Of a stretch of DNA of 52,851 bases, positions 1-9,892 are shown in pieces. This DNA comes from Clostridia bacterium (GTDB lineage Bacteria; Bacillota; Clostridia; DUPQ01). A program made the position numbers and the translations under genes. The notes under the pieces are model-generated. The model worked only from the letters and a program-made list of their open reading frames with translations. It was not told where the DNA came from and ran no database searches. The stretch is from the NCBI GenBank assembly GCA_016929655.1, contig JAFGIJ010000007.1:1-52851 (forward strand). The letters run 5' to 3'. The first letter of the stretch is position 1, and each line of letters starts with the position of its first letter.

Positions 1-394
1 GAAGCATTATATATACATCCAGGGGAAGCCCTTCACTGCTGTCGAGCATGAATTCAATGCCTGAAACACCACACACATTGGCTATTTCATGGGGATCAGC
101 GATAACCGTGGTCGTTCCCTTGACAATGACGGACTTGGCAAACTGCGGCGGGGTAAGCATTGAAGATTCAATATGAACATGTCCATCTATGAAACCGGGA
201 CATACATATTTACCCTGTACGTCAATTTCCATCTTTCCGTGATATTCACCGACACCGGCTATGAAACCATCATATACAGCTATGTCACCGTGGTTAATTT
301 CACCCGTAAATACATTGACAACCATGCAGTTCTTCAAAACCAGGTCTGCCTTGGCATCACCTCTTGCCACTTTTACCATCTGCATTGTGTTCAT
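1..394 (-). CDS. ade: adenine deaminase, N-terminal part (runs off the left edge; not in the ORF track)
   Basis: Manual translation from ATG at 394 (GGAGG RBS upstream): [23 protein letters not shown]...[44 protein letters not shown], the typical adenine deaminase signature. Confidence 0.92.
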   Translation of the reverse strand, partial: MNTMQMVKVARGDAKADLVLKNCMVVNVFTGEINHGDIAVYDGFIAGVGEYHGKMEIDVQGKYVCPGFIDGHVHIESSMLTPPQFAKSVIVKGTTTVIADPHEIANVCGVSGIEFMLDSSEGLPLDVYIML

Positions 395-406
395 GATTTC
401 CTCCAA

Positions 407-943
407 TCAAAAAACCGGCGGTGTTATGGTTGAAATGAACCTGAGCATACCGCTTCCGTTGTTTACAATCCTGTGCGGGATGCTGGAAAAATAATAAATG
501 GTGTCCCCCTCTTCAAGATTGTAAACATCGTCACCAATCTGTATCCACATTGTTCCTTCAAGCACATGGGTTACTTCTTCGCCCGTGTGTGAAAGAGGTT
601 CGTCACAGGTTTCTGCGCCGGGTTCAAGGGTTGCCATGAACATCTCCATCTGTCTGTTGAGGTCAGGTGAAAGAAGTTCATAAGTAAGGTGGGATTTATG
701 GAAATTCCTGCTTTGCCTGCTGTCTTTCTTAACAACAATGCCTGTGTTCTTCTCCTCGGTAAAGAAGAAAAATACAGCTACATCCAGTGCTTCTGCTATC
801 TTTCTAAGAGACGTAATGGATGGCTCTGCAAGCTCTCTTTCCACCTGACTGATAAACCCTGATGTCAGGCCTGTTTTCTCTGCCAGCTTTTTCATGCTCA
901 TGCCAAGTTCATTTCTTTTTCTTCGTATTTTTTCACCTATCAC
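407..943 (-). CDS. XRE-family HTH + cupin transcriptional regulator
   Basis: N-terminal HTH (LAEKTGLTSGFISQVERELAEPSITSLRKIA) and C-terminal cupin (HTGEEVTHVLEG...IPHRIVN). Confidence 0.9.
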   Translation of the reverse strand: MIGEKIRRKRNELGMSMKKLAEKTGLTSGFISQVERELAEPSITSLRKIAEALDVAVFFFFTEEKNTGIVVKKDSRQSRNFHKSHLTYELLSPDLNRQMEMFMATLEPGAETCDEPLSHTGEEVTHVLEGTMWIQIGDDVYNLEEGDTIYYFSSIPHRIVNNGSGMLRFISTITPPVF

Positions 944-1770
944 TTGTACTCTCCTGCCTTGTCCAAGAATTCATCCAATATATTCATGCACACTTTTTTT
1001 CTATATACAGCCGTTGACCTCTGGTCATCTATAGGCCTGATAAGTTCAGCATAGCTCTTCTTGATTTCCTCTGCGCCAAGACCATTCACCGATGCTTCCA
1101 GCTTTCTGCTTCTTACCACTGTGGGAGCAACAGCTCCAAAAGCACATCTGAACTCATCAATTCTGCCCTTTTTATATGAAATACCCCCTGCAAAGGATAT
1201 CTTTGAGATTGCATCGGATTTTCGGCCGCCTATCTTTTCATAATGAATCATGTCAAACCTGACATCATTTATTACTATCTCCTTTATCATTTCCCGGCTT
1301 TCCAGATAAACTTTTCCGGGACCAAGGATGAACTCTTCAATGGGAACCATTCTTTCGGTTCCCTTTCCATCGATTACAATCTTTGCATCCAGGATATAAA
1401 GAACCGGAAGTGAATCACCTGCAGGAGATGCATTGCCGATATTTCCTCCCAGTGTGGCAATGTGGCGTATTCCGGGGGACGCCATCAGGAGAACTGCCTT
1501 CCTGAGTATTTCAGGAGTTTCCCTGTGGACCAGAATATCTTCAAGTGTTGTCATTGCTCCTATATGAATGAAACCTCCGCTTTTCCGTATATACTTAAGC
1601 TCCCTGAGCTCAGATATAAACAGAACGTCCTTGTCAAACAATGGAGACAGCCCGGCCCAGTTTCTTTTCTTGACCATCAGATCCGTTCCGCCTGCCATAA
1701 GAATCATTTCATTTTTATCCAGAAGTTCCAGGGCTTCTTCATATGTTCCGGGAATAAATGACTTCACCAT
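940..1770 (-). CDS. xanthine dehydrogenase-family FAD-binding subunit
   Basis: AGGTDL and ATLGGNIGNASPAGDS motifs, C-terminal PIDDQRSTAVYR. Confidence 0.9.
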   Translation of the reverse strand: MVKSFIPGTYEEALELLDKNEMILMAGGTDLMVKKRNWAGLSPLFDKDVLFISELRELKYIRKSGGFIHIGAMTTLEDILVHRETPEILRKAVLLMASPGIRHIATLGGNIGNASPAGDSLPVLYILDAKIVIDGKGTERMVPIEEFILGPGKVYLESREMIKEIVINDVRFDMIHYEKIGGRKSDAISKISFAGGISYKKGRIDEFRCAFGAVAPTVVRSRKLEASVNGLGAEEIKKSYAELIRPIDDQRSTAVYRKKVCMNILDEFLDKAGEYK

Positions 1771-2237
1771 AATCCCTTCCCCCTTTCAGCTGCCCTGAGC
1801 ACTGCACTGACTATCATGTTGTACCCCGTGCACCTGCATAGATTCCCCGAAAGAGCATCCTTTATTTCATCCTCAGTGGGATCCGGATTTTTATTCAGCA
1901 GGGATTCAGTGGCAATAACCATACCGGGAATACAAAAACCGCACTGCACAGCCCCTTCATCTTCATAAGCACCATGGATGACCCTGTATCTTTCCGTCTT
2001 CGAAAACCCGTCTATTGTAACAATATCTTTTCCCATGGCATTTCCGACAGGCATAAGACACGAACTGACAATTTCGTGGTTGACCAGGACAGAACAAGCT
2101 CCGCATTCACCTTCACCACAGCCTTCCTTGACACCGGTCAATCCGAAATCCTCACGCAGTACATCCAGCAGGCGTTTCGTGGGATCAACATCAATGGTTA
2201 CATTCTTGCCGTTCAAAACAAATTCAATCTCAGTCAT
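1764..2237 (-). CDS. xanthine dehydrogenase-family 2x[2Fe-2S] subunit
   Basis: GCGEGECGAC, QCGFCIPG and GNLCRCTGY. Confidence 0.93.
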   Translation of the reverse strand: MTEIEFVLNGKNVTIDVDPTKRLLDVLREDFGLTGVKEGCGEGECGACSVLVNHEIVSSCLMPVGNAMGKDIVTIDGFSKTERYRVIHGAYEDEGAVQCGFCIPGMVIATESLLNKNPDPTEDEIKDALSGNLCRCTGYNMIVSAVLRAAERGKGLW

Positions 2238-4320
2238 TTTCCAAAAGCTCCATAATATATTCCGGCGTAGCCGGTATTTTCATTACCTTTTTCCCAATGG
2301 CATTTTCTATTGCAAGGGCTACTGCCGGTGCTCCTCCTACAAGAGGAAGTTCGCCGGCTCCCTTTGCCCCATATGGCCCCAACGGGAATGGATTATCCAT
2401 GATCACGGTTTCAACGGGAGCACAGTCACAGGCTGTGGGGATGATATAATCCGTTACATTACGCTGCCTGATTCTTCCGTCCTTTGTATCCATGACTTCT
2501 ATGGTGCCGTACGCAACACCCTGCAGCAGACCACCTTCTATCTGACCTATTATGATTCTTTCATCAATGGCCTTTCCAATGTCATATACACCCCAGAGAT
2601 TCCTTATATTTACCTCATAGGTTGCCTTGTCCACTTCAACTTCCGCTACATTGACTCCCCATGAATATGCCGGGTAGGCATCCCCGGTCAGGGTTTCATC
2701 ATCCCATTCAACATAATCGGGCTGTTTGTATCTTTCTTCAATGAGTATTTCCTCTCCATCGACCCATTGTTCCTTTAGTTTCAGTGCGGCCCTTGCAATC
2801 AGTCCACCTACTATCATTATTGTTCTTGATGCAACTGTGGGACCTGAATCCGGCACCAGATCTGTGTCGGGATTGTTGTATATTACTCTTTCAACAGGTA
2901 TCTCCAGAACACCGGCTGCAATCTTTCTCAGAGTTGTAAAAGCACCCTGTCCCATCTCTGTATTTGCAGCAAGTACTGTGACAGTGTTATCTTTTTCCTT
3001 TCGGAGCCTGACAACTGCCTTGATATGTTTTTGTTCACCGCTTCCGGTGAACCCGCATCCATGAAGATACCAGGACATTCCGATTCCCCGGAAATCATCC
3101 TTCGCAGAGTATTGTTTTCTCTTTGTTTTGTAGTCTGACATTTCCATTACTTTATCAATCATTTTATTCATAATTATCGGGTCTCTGAAATGACCGCCGG
3201 TTGAAGTAGCTTCTCCCTGTTTTGCAAGATGCCTGCTTCTGAATTCCAGATTATCTTCACCAAGCTCCTGTGCAACATGATTGATGAACATTTCTATTGC
3301 AAAGAACATCTGGGGTGCGCCGAATCCGCGAAAAGCTCCGTTTGGCACAGTGTTTGTTTCAAATACGTCACCTGATACAGAAAGATTGTCAATTGTATAA
3401 ACTCCGCTTGCTGCAATCATCGCCCTTTGAAGAACAACCCCCGACAATCCTATATATGCACCGCTGTCCAGGGACACATGCACTTTCATTGCTCTGATAT
3501 TATTGTCTTCATCAACAGCCGCTTTGAATTTTATAAGCGATGGATGCCGCTTGGTCGTACTTTCAATGTCTTCAACCCTGTCATATATCAATCTTACGGG
3601 TCTTCCGATTTTCATGGATGCAACTGCAACCTGACAGCCAATAAGTGAAGGGAACTCCTCCTTACCACCAAAGGCTCCTCCCGTTGCAGCCTGTTGGATC
3701 CTGACTTTGTCGTTTTCAATTCCCAGTGCCTGAACGACGGCATTCTTTATATAGTAAGGACACTGCATGGAACCGATGACCGTGGATTTACCATCCTCGA
3801 AAATACCGATTATCCCCTGGGGTTCCAGGTATATATGTTCCTGGTATCCTGTTTTGTATTCTCCTGTGATAATCCTGGACCCGTCTTTGAAATATTTCTC
3901 TCCATCACCTTTTTCATAATCATAATGGATTACACTGTTCACATAGCCGAACTCAGGAACCAGGGGTTCATATTCAACCTTGATTCCATCAATTATTTCC
4001 TTTATTACCGCCCTGTCTTCACCCACAACCAGAAGTATCGGTTCGCCTATGTGCCTGACTTCTTCTTCAGCAAATACAGGCATGTCGTCAAAGATAATCT
4101 TCACCCTGTTCATACCGGGAACATCACTGCGGTCCACGATGTAATATCCTGTTGGAATTTCCGGAAACTCAATATTCGTTATTCGAGCCCTGGCCATGGT
4201 TGAACGCAGCGTCCTTGCATGAAGGGCTCCTTCTATTTTCATATCACTTATATACTCAATGCTGCCCGATGTCTTTGCGTTTGTATCCTGCTTATTTATA
4301 GACCTGCTGATATCACTCAT
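2230..4320 (-). CDS. xanthine dehydrogenase-family molybdopterin-binding subunit (enzyme 1)
   Basis: GGAFGGK, AFRGFG, EMGQG and catalytic KGAGE. Start moved to ATG 4320 (MSDISRS), which follows an AGGAG RBS. Confidence 0.9.
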   Translation of the reverse strand: MSDISRSINKQDTNAKTSGSIEYISDMKIEGALHARTLRSTMARARITNIEFPEIPTGYYIVDRSDVPGMNRVKIIFDDMPVFAEEEVRHIGEPILLVVGEDRAVIKEIIDGIKVEYEPLVPEFGYVNSVIHYDYEKGDGEKYFKDGSRIITGEYKTGYQEHIYLEPQGIIGIFEDGKSTVIGSMQCPYYIKNAVVQALGIENDKVRIQQAATGGAFGGKEEFPSLIGCQVAVASMKIGRPVRLIYDRVEDIESTTKRHPSLIKFKAAVDEDNNIRAMKVHVSLDSGAYIGLSGVVLQRAMIAASGVYTIDNLSVSGDVFETNTVPNGAFRGFGAPQMFFAIEMFINHVAQELGEDNLEFRSRHLAKQGEATSTGGHFRDPIIMNKMIDKVMEMSDYKTKRKQYSAKDDFRGIGMSWYLHGCGFTGSGEQKHIKAVVRLRKEKDNTVTVLAANTEMGQGAFTTLRKIAAGVLEIPVERVIYNNPDTDLVPDSGPTVASRTIMIVGGLIARAALKLKEQWVDGEEILIEERYKQPDYVEWDDETLTGDAYPAYSWGVNVAEVEVDKATYEVNIRNLWGVYDIGKAIDERIIIGQIEGGLLQGVAYGTIEVMDTKDGRIRQRNVTDYIIPTACDCAPVETVIMDNPFPLGPYGAKGAGELPLVGGAPAVALAIENAIGKKVMKIPATPEYIMELLEND

Positions 4321-4333
4321 TAAAACTCTCCTT

Positions 4334-5407
4334 CTACGACAATGCCCCGACGGGACATTTGGAAATGCAAAGGCCGCAGCCGAAACATTTGTCACCGTCT
4401 ATGATTATTTTTTCATCATAGGTAATTGCAAAATATGGGCAGATTCGTTCGCAAAGCCTGCAGTGTGTGCATTTATCTTCATCAAGCACCGCTGTCTTCG
4501 GATCATATACAGTATCAATTGAAAGACCTGTTTCATAGACTTCCCTGATATCCCTGAAACCATATTTATCCAGAGCTGCGGGCAATTCCTTTATTATCTT
4601 TGAATACAGATCCTTGCCCTTTAACAATGCCCCGGACAGCATCTGAACCCCGCCTGCTCCTGCAAGAAGGAACTGCAGTACATCATCCGCACTTGAAACT
4701 CCCCCTGTTCCTATGACTGTAAAATCGGGGAGGGCTTTCTTGATTGTATATATTATGCCAAGGGCCAGATTTCTGATGACGGGTCCTGATGTCCAGACAA
4801 AACCACTTTCGCCGCAATATTCAAGGCTTCTTTTGGCAATATTGATGTTCATTGTGGGTCCCAGGGAATTGATTGCCGCAACTCCTGTGGCTCCCGCATC
4901 CCTCACTGCTTCTGCAAATTTTACCGGTTCAGGTATATGCGGACTGATTTTCATATATAGAGGTTTTTTAGTATTGCTTCTTATGGCTTTCACCGTGTCT
5001 GAAATCACCGAAAGGTCCTTTCCGACATAATGGGTCGAAACCTCAAATGCATCTGCAAATTTATCAAGTTTGGGTACAAGGATCTCCATGTCCTCCCTTG
5101 TATATCCCATGCTGACAATCAGCGGCACCTTTTTAATCTTCATGAATTCAGGAAGAATTTCCTCGATCCATTTTTCCATTGGGAACTCGGACCACAGTTC
5201 AGAATTCATTATATGGCTGCGATCTCCGTATATACATGGTCTTGGTACCTTTGCTGCTTCAACTGAAATGGTCTTGGTAACCATGGCTCCAACACCCTGT
5301 TCCTGCATGAACTGCATCTTTTCAAAGTCACCTGTCAGCGGACCCGATGCAGGCATCAGCGGATTATCCAATATCAGTCCGTCAAATTCAGTCTTCAATC
5401 TGTTCAT
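4334..5407 (-). CDS. dihydroorotate/dihydropyrimidine dehydrogenase (PreA-like) FMN protein with C-terminal 2x[4Fe-4S] ferredoxin
   Basis: NPLMPASGP, VTKT, YMKISP, INSLGP, SGP, GTGGV and two CxxCxxCxxxCP motifs. The catalytic loop reads EVSTHY rather than NxSCP. Confidence 0.8.
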   Translation of the reverse strand: MNRLKTEFDGLILDNPLMPASGPLTGDFEKMQFMQEQGVGAMVTKTISVEAAKVPRPCIYGDRSHIMNSELWSEFPMEKWIEEILPEFMKIKKVPLIVSMGYTREDMEILVPKLDKFADAFEVSTHYVGKDLSVISDTVKAIRSNTKKPLYMKISPHIPEPVKFAEAVRDAGATGVAAINSLGPTMNINIAKRSLEYCGESGFVWTSGPVIRNLALGIIYTIKKALPDFTVIGTGGVSSADDVLQFLLAGAGGVQMLSGALLKGKDLYSKIIKELPAALDKYGFRDIREVYETGLSIDTVYDPKTAVLDEDKCTHCRLCERICPYFAITYDEKIIIDGDKCFGCGLCISKCPVGALS

Positions 5408-5410
5408 AAA

Positions 5411-6673
5411 TCAACTCCTGTTCAATCTGTCCCAAAGTTTTCCGGCGGTTTTTGCCGCTTGTTGGATTTCTTCAATGGTAACTGTATTGCAAATACAATT
5501 ATCTACAACCTTCTTTCCATTTTTCCATACATCCGAAGGTTTCAGGCTGCATGACAGCCCGAAAAGAATATGTCCGAAGGCATTGCTGCCATCCATGGGA
5601 GATATGGGTTCATAGCAGACCTTGATGATATCTGCATCAAACCCTTCCTTTATCCGGCCTATCTTAAGACCCATATATTCATTCATATATTCATAATTGT
5701 TATTTACCAGTTCAAGCAGTTCCGAAAGTCCGAATGCAACAGGAGAACTGTACTTATGTTTCATCGCCAGCAGCAGGCTCATCCATTCCGATGCTATTCC
5801 CATGGACATGCCGTCATTTCCTATAAGGCACTTAACATTCTGCTTCATGAGCATCTTAATATCCGGCAGTCCGACCGCATTGTTCATGTTGGATTGTACG
5901 TTTATGGCAACATAACATTGGTTTTTGGCAATTAGTTCTGCTTCTTCTTCGTTTATGTGTATGCAGTGGGAAAGTATGGACCCCTTGTTCAGCAACCCGA
6001 AGTCACCAAGCCTTTGGACAACCCGTTTGCCGTGATAGTCCATGGAACTTTCCTGGTCAAGCCAGCTTTCTGCCACATGGATATGTATAGGTCTGTTTCC
6101 AAGGGCCATCCTGACTTTTTCAAGGGTATCATCCGAAAGTGACATTGAAGCATGCAGCCCGAACATATCACCGCTTTCCAGATTCTCTGCCATGCAGTCA
6201 TCTGTGTTGAACCGGTCACTGGTTTCAAAGCAAAGGGACCCGGTCAGGCCCGCTTTTTCAAATGCCTTCCTTACCAGATTCAAAGAACCTTTTATATATC
6301 CGCTTGCATGATGGTCAATTACTGCAGTTACTCCGTTCAACAGATATTCACGTGCTGCCGTCAGCGCACTGTAATATATGTCATCCTTTTCAAGATGTGA
6401 ATCTATCTTCCACCAGAGCTGGTCAAGCAGTTCTTGAAAATTTGAAGGATTGAAGGGCAGCGCCAGGCCTCTTGAAAATGTTGAATAAATATGAGTATGT
6501 GCAACGGTAAGACCGGGCATGACCAATGCCCCCCGGCAATCGGTTATATCATAACCTTCATCCCTGAAGGCCTTCATGTCCCCGACCTTCTCTATTTTTT
6601 CGTTAAATATAACAAACCCATTTTCAATATAGCTTTCAAAGTCATATATCCTGGCATTTATCAGAGCAAACAT
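5411..6673 (-). CDS. ssnA: SsnA-like amidohydrolase
   Basis: HTHIYS, IDHHAS, GLHASMSLSD, IHIHVAE, QSNMNNAVG and GNDG motifs; Mo-hydroxylase context. Confidence 0.75.
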   Translation of the reverse strand: MFALINARIYDFESYIENGFVIFNEKIEKVGDMKAFRDEGYDITDCRGALVMPGLTVAHTHIYSTFSRGLALPFNPSNFQELLDQLWWKIDSHLEKDDIYYSALTAAREYLLNGVTAVIDHHASGYIKGSLNLVRKAFEKAGLTGSLCFETSDRFNTDDCMAENLESGDMFGLHASMSLSDDTLEKVRMALGNRPIHIHVAESWLDQESSMDYHGKRVVQRLGDFGLLNKGSILSHCIHINEEEAELIAKNQCYVAINVQSNMNNAVGLPDIKMLMKQNVKCLIGNDGMSMGIASEWMSLLLAMKHKYSSPVAFGLSELLELVNNNYEYMNEYMGLKIGRIKEGFDADIIKVCYEPISPMDGSNAFGHILFGLSCSLKPSDVWKNGKKVVDNCICNTVTIEEIQQAAKTAGKLWDRLNRS

Positions 6674-7986
6674 TTTCCGTTTCCTCCCTTCAATTCTTCA
6701 TTTTCTATTACAAAATGTCCCCTTGATATAACTGAAACCACCTTTATCATTGAAGCAAATGCTCCGGCTCCCTGTGTATAAATGGAATAATCCGAGGCTG
6801 AATGATCTTCTGTCTTAAGATAAGGACCATCGTCATCAAGTATCACAAGATCTGCATCAGACTCTTCCTTTATTACACCTTTCTTCGGGTACAGGCCGAA
6901 CAGCTTTGCGGGATTTTCGCTCATTCTGTCAATTGCCCCGTTTCCCAGCAGGCCATACATGGCCAGGAATGAGTATTCAATGGAACCTACACCCATTGGT
7001 ATATCCTTGAGGTTCTCCTTTTCTTTGTCCTTTTTCATATATGCACAATGGTCCGTTCCGATAGTTTCAACCAATTCAACATTATTCAAAAGCAGCCCTT
7101 GTGACCGGTGGCTTCTAAGCGGAGGAACCATGGTGAACAGATATCCGTCTTCACGGTCATATTCATGAAGATTCAGGAAAAAGTAGTGAGGACAGCTTTC
7201 TATATGGAAACCTTTTCCAAGAAGGTGGGGATATCTGATTGAAAGGGCCTGTATTGTATGGCCGCTGCTGACATGAACCATGTATAGGTTTCCACCCGTC
7301 TCCTCAACCATGCCTGCCAGTGACAATGCTTCTGATATTTCAGCCTCTTCATTTCTGGCAGAAGTAATATCCCATACCTTATGTCCCGGAAGCACGCCTA
7401 CCATGTTATCATTTTCAGCATGGACAAGAAGGGTGAAGCCCAGTTCCTTTGACAAACCGAGGAGTTCCCTTATTTCTCTTTCATATGTCCGTCTGCCCGA
7501 TTCAGAATATGTAGTGAATATCTTTATGGAGTCCAGGCCCTTTGATTTTGCAATCCCGGCAAGCTCCCTCGTCTGCCCCACAGGATTGGCAAGGGTTGCA
7601 TGGAATTTATAGTCAACTATACTTTTTTCAGCAAGTTTCTTTCTTTTTTCCAGAGCACTTTCAAAGTCACTGGATTTTGAAACCGGGTCCAGAAAATCGA
7701 TGAAAGTGGTTATTCCACCAAATGCAGCAGAAACCGACCCTGAATAGAAGTCATCGCATGAAACTATATTCCCCGTATCCAGTTCAAAGTGCACATGGGG
7801 ATCAATGAGCCCGGGAATAATTCTTTTACCTTCGGCATTATATGTTTTTCTGCATGGTTTCACTTCGCTGCCAATGCAACGGATTTTATCATCATCAATG
7901 TAGATATTAACTTTTTGGAATGACCGGTCAATATATGCCATACCGTTCATTATTCCAAGGTCATGCAAATCTTTCACCTGTTTCAA
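6661..7986 (-). CDS. dihydropyrimidinase/hydantoinase-like cyclic amidohydrolase (start uncertain)
   Basis: PGLIDPHVH, GGITT, KIFTTY, VHAEN, PPLR, GTDHC and NPAKLFGLYPKKG. Confidence 0.85.
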   Translation of the reverse strand: MKQVKDLHDLGIMNGMAYIDRSFQKVNIYIDDDKIRCIGSEVKPCRKTYNAEGKRIIPGLIDPHVHFELDTGNIVSCDDFYSGSVSAAFGGITTFIDFLDPVSKSSDFESALEKRKKLAEKSIVDYKFHATLANPVGQTRELAGIAKSKGLDSIKIFTTYSESGRRTYEREIRELLGLSKELGFTLLVHAENDNMVGVLPGHKVWDITSARNEEAEISEALSLAGMVEETGGNLYMVHVSSGHTIQALSIRYPHLLGKGFHIESCPHYFFLNLHEYDREDGYLFTMVPPLRSHRSQGLLLNNVELVETIGTDHCAYMKKDKEKENLKDIPMGVGSIEYSFLAMYGLLGNGAIDRMSENPAKLFGLYPKKGVIKEESDADLVILDDDGPYLKTEDHSASDYSIYTQGAGAFASMIKVVSVISRGHFVIENEELKGGNGKCLL

Positions 7987-8449
7987 TTATTTTTATATCA
8001 ATAAACCCATATTTTTCAATTACATCCTGAAGATTGGTATCCCTGACTGTAAGAACCGCTTTTGCACCGAACCCTGCAATTTTCTTCACAGCTTCATGAA
8101 AGCACATGTCACCAAGCTCAAGGGAACCTATTTCATCGAGAAAAATTGTCAATGTCCTGTCCTTCAACATTATGTCAATCCCTGCATTTACCATGGAAAC
8201 CGCATCCTCTGAAAAACTGTAGGGACCCAGTGAACAACATTGCTTCCATTCACCGGACAAACTGTTTGCCTTTCTGGCCAGAGGCATCCTATCGCCTGTT
8301 GAAAGTCTCATTAAATCAAAACCTTCCACAATATTCCCATTCATCATTTTTACGGAAGCATAACCATCACCCTTGCTGCACTTTTGGAACTCTTCAATAA
8401 GTCTGGTTGTCTTACCTGAATGAATGGGTCCGGTAATCAACGTTATCAT
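7961..8449 (-). CDS. small P-loop NTPase (THEP1/NTPase_1- or DUF2478-like)
   Basis: Walker A TGPIHSGKTT, GFDL motif, Walker B IFLDEIG. Confidence 0.75.
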   Translation of the reverse strand: MITLITGPIHSGKTTRLIEEFQKCSKGDGYASVKMMNGNIVEGFDLMRLSTGDRMPLARKANSLSGEWKQCCSLGPYSFSEDAVSMVNAGIDIMLKDRTLTIFLDEIGSLELGDMCFHEAVKKIAGFGAKAVLTVRDTNLQDVIEKYGFIDIKIIETGERFA

Positions 8450-9261
8450 TTGTATTCCCCGGGTCTCATATGTCTGTGACCGCTTTTTCCGTTTTTTACA
8501 ACCATAATTTCAGCACATATCGATACTGCTATCTCCTCGGGAGACCCTCCTCCGGTATCCAGTCCCACCGGTGAATAGAAGTTGCTCAGATCAACATCAC
8601 CGAACCGCTCCTTTATTCTTTTCATGAAATCCGCAAGTTTTTCCAATGAACACAGCATGCCTATATATGCCGGTTTCAGTCCAAGCTCTATTATTTCTTC
8701 AATCACGTTATAGTCATACTTGTGTGATGGAGTACATACAAGAACAAAGCTACCTTCCCTGATGCCTTCTTTTCTTATGAAATCAACAAAGGATGAATTC
8801 ACCTTTCTGTCAGCACCTTCAAAAGCATCTATGACCGGTGTTCTTTCATCTATTACAGTCACATGGTAGTTCATTGTTTTCAAAACATTCACCGTTGCCT
8901 GACCTACATGACCGGCACCGAACAGATACACATATGCATCCGGTCCAATATATTCATAAAACAGTGTTACCGTTCCTCCGCACACCATGGGCAGAGTTCT
9001 GGCACCTTCAATTACCTCACCTTCATTGAGAAAATATTTCTCAAGAAGATTCTGCCTTGTCCCCATCAGTTCCTTGCATTTTTCACGGGCATGGAACTCA
9101 AGTGCTCCTCCTCCGACCGTACCCGAAGCCTGGCCGTCTTCACAGACAATCATTTTCTTGCCTGCTTCAACTGGTCCTGCTCCGGTTTTTTCAACGGCAG
9201 TTACAAGCATGCATGCCATTCCTCTGCCGGATAATCTTGCAATATCATCAAAGATCTTCAT
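8446..9261 (-). CDS. xdhC: XdhC/CoxI-family Mo-hydroxylase maturation factor
   Basis: GTVGGG, MVCGG, FGAGHVG, YIGM and SPVGLDTGGGSPEEIAVSI. Start at ATG 9261 after AGGAG. Confidence 0.9.
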   Translation of the reverse strand: MKIFDDIARLSGRGMACMLVTAVEKTGAGPVEAGKKMIVCEDGQASGTVGGGALEFHAREKCKELMGTRQNLLEKYFLNEGEVIEGARTLPMVCGGTVTLFYEYIGPDAYVYLFGAGHVGQATVNVLKTMNYHVTVIDERTPVIDAFEGADRKVNSSFVDFIRKEGIREGSFVLVCTPSHKYDYNVIEEIIELGLKPAYIGMLCSLEKLADFMKRIKERFGDVDLSNFYSPVGLDTGGGSPEEIAVSICAEIMVVKNGKSGHRHMRPGEYK

Positions 9262-9268
9262 ACAACTC

Positions 9269-9892
9269 CTAGACCAGCAACTGAACACCAACTGCCGCTG
9301 CCAGCATTATCGGTGCGTAAAGTGGTCTGAATTTTGCTTTTATACTTGTTTTTGCCTCAATGAGTAATACTCCATATACCAAAATCGCACTCAGTAATCC
9401 GTTTAGAACAACAAACTCCAATGTAAGTGCAGGTGATGATATGAATTTGGTCATGCTACCCGATATCAGGAACTGTGCGACCATATATAGGATATATCCC
9501 ATTCTCCATCCCACACTTACACCCAGGCTACCTGCTATTTTTGAAAGCTGTTTCCTGCTGTTTAGCATGGGAACGGCCACTGCAACAACCAATGATTCAA
9601 ACATGATTGATATCATGGGGTTTATTGTCTTGAAAACACTCATTCCGGGAAGCAGGAAGTCAACTGCCTTGATTCCGGCAGCAACTGTACCGACCAGTAT
9701 CAGGGCTGACCTTGAACCGGTTGCCCTGAAGGCCTTCATCAATATAAATACTGCAATCGGAAACATCACGATTCCAGCCACCAAAGGCGGAAGGAAGTGC
9801 AGCAAATACCCTAGGGATGCTTCAGCAAGTCCCCATATTGCTCCGTAAAAAATAATCTGTGCAGCTAGTTTCATTAATTTCTTCATATTCAT
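9269..9892 (-). CDS. integral membrane protein, possibly ECF S-component-like
   Basis: About 6-7 hydrophobic segments and an N-terminal GAIWGLAEASLGYLLH motif. The family assignment is inference. Confidence 0.55.
   Translation of the reverse strand: MNMKKLMKLAAQIIFYGAIWGLAEASLGYLLHFLPPLVAGIVMFPIAVFILMKAFRATGSRSALILVGTVAAGIKAVDFLLPGMSVFKTINPMISIMFESLVVAVAVPMLNSRKQLSKIAGSLGVSVGWRMGYILYMVAQFLISGSMTKFISSPALTLEFVVLNGLLSAILVYGVLLIEAKTSIKAKFRPLYAPIMLAAAVGVQLLV

Noticed and set aside
173-494. Plus-strand ORFs 173-433 and 261-494
   Set aside because: Antisense shadows of the adenine deaminase and regulator genes.
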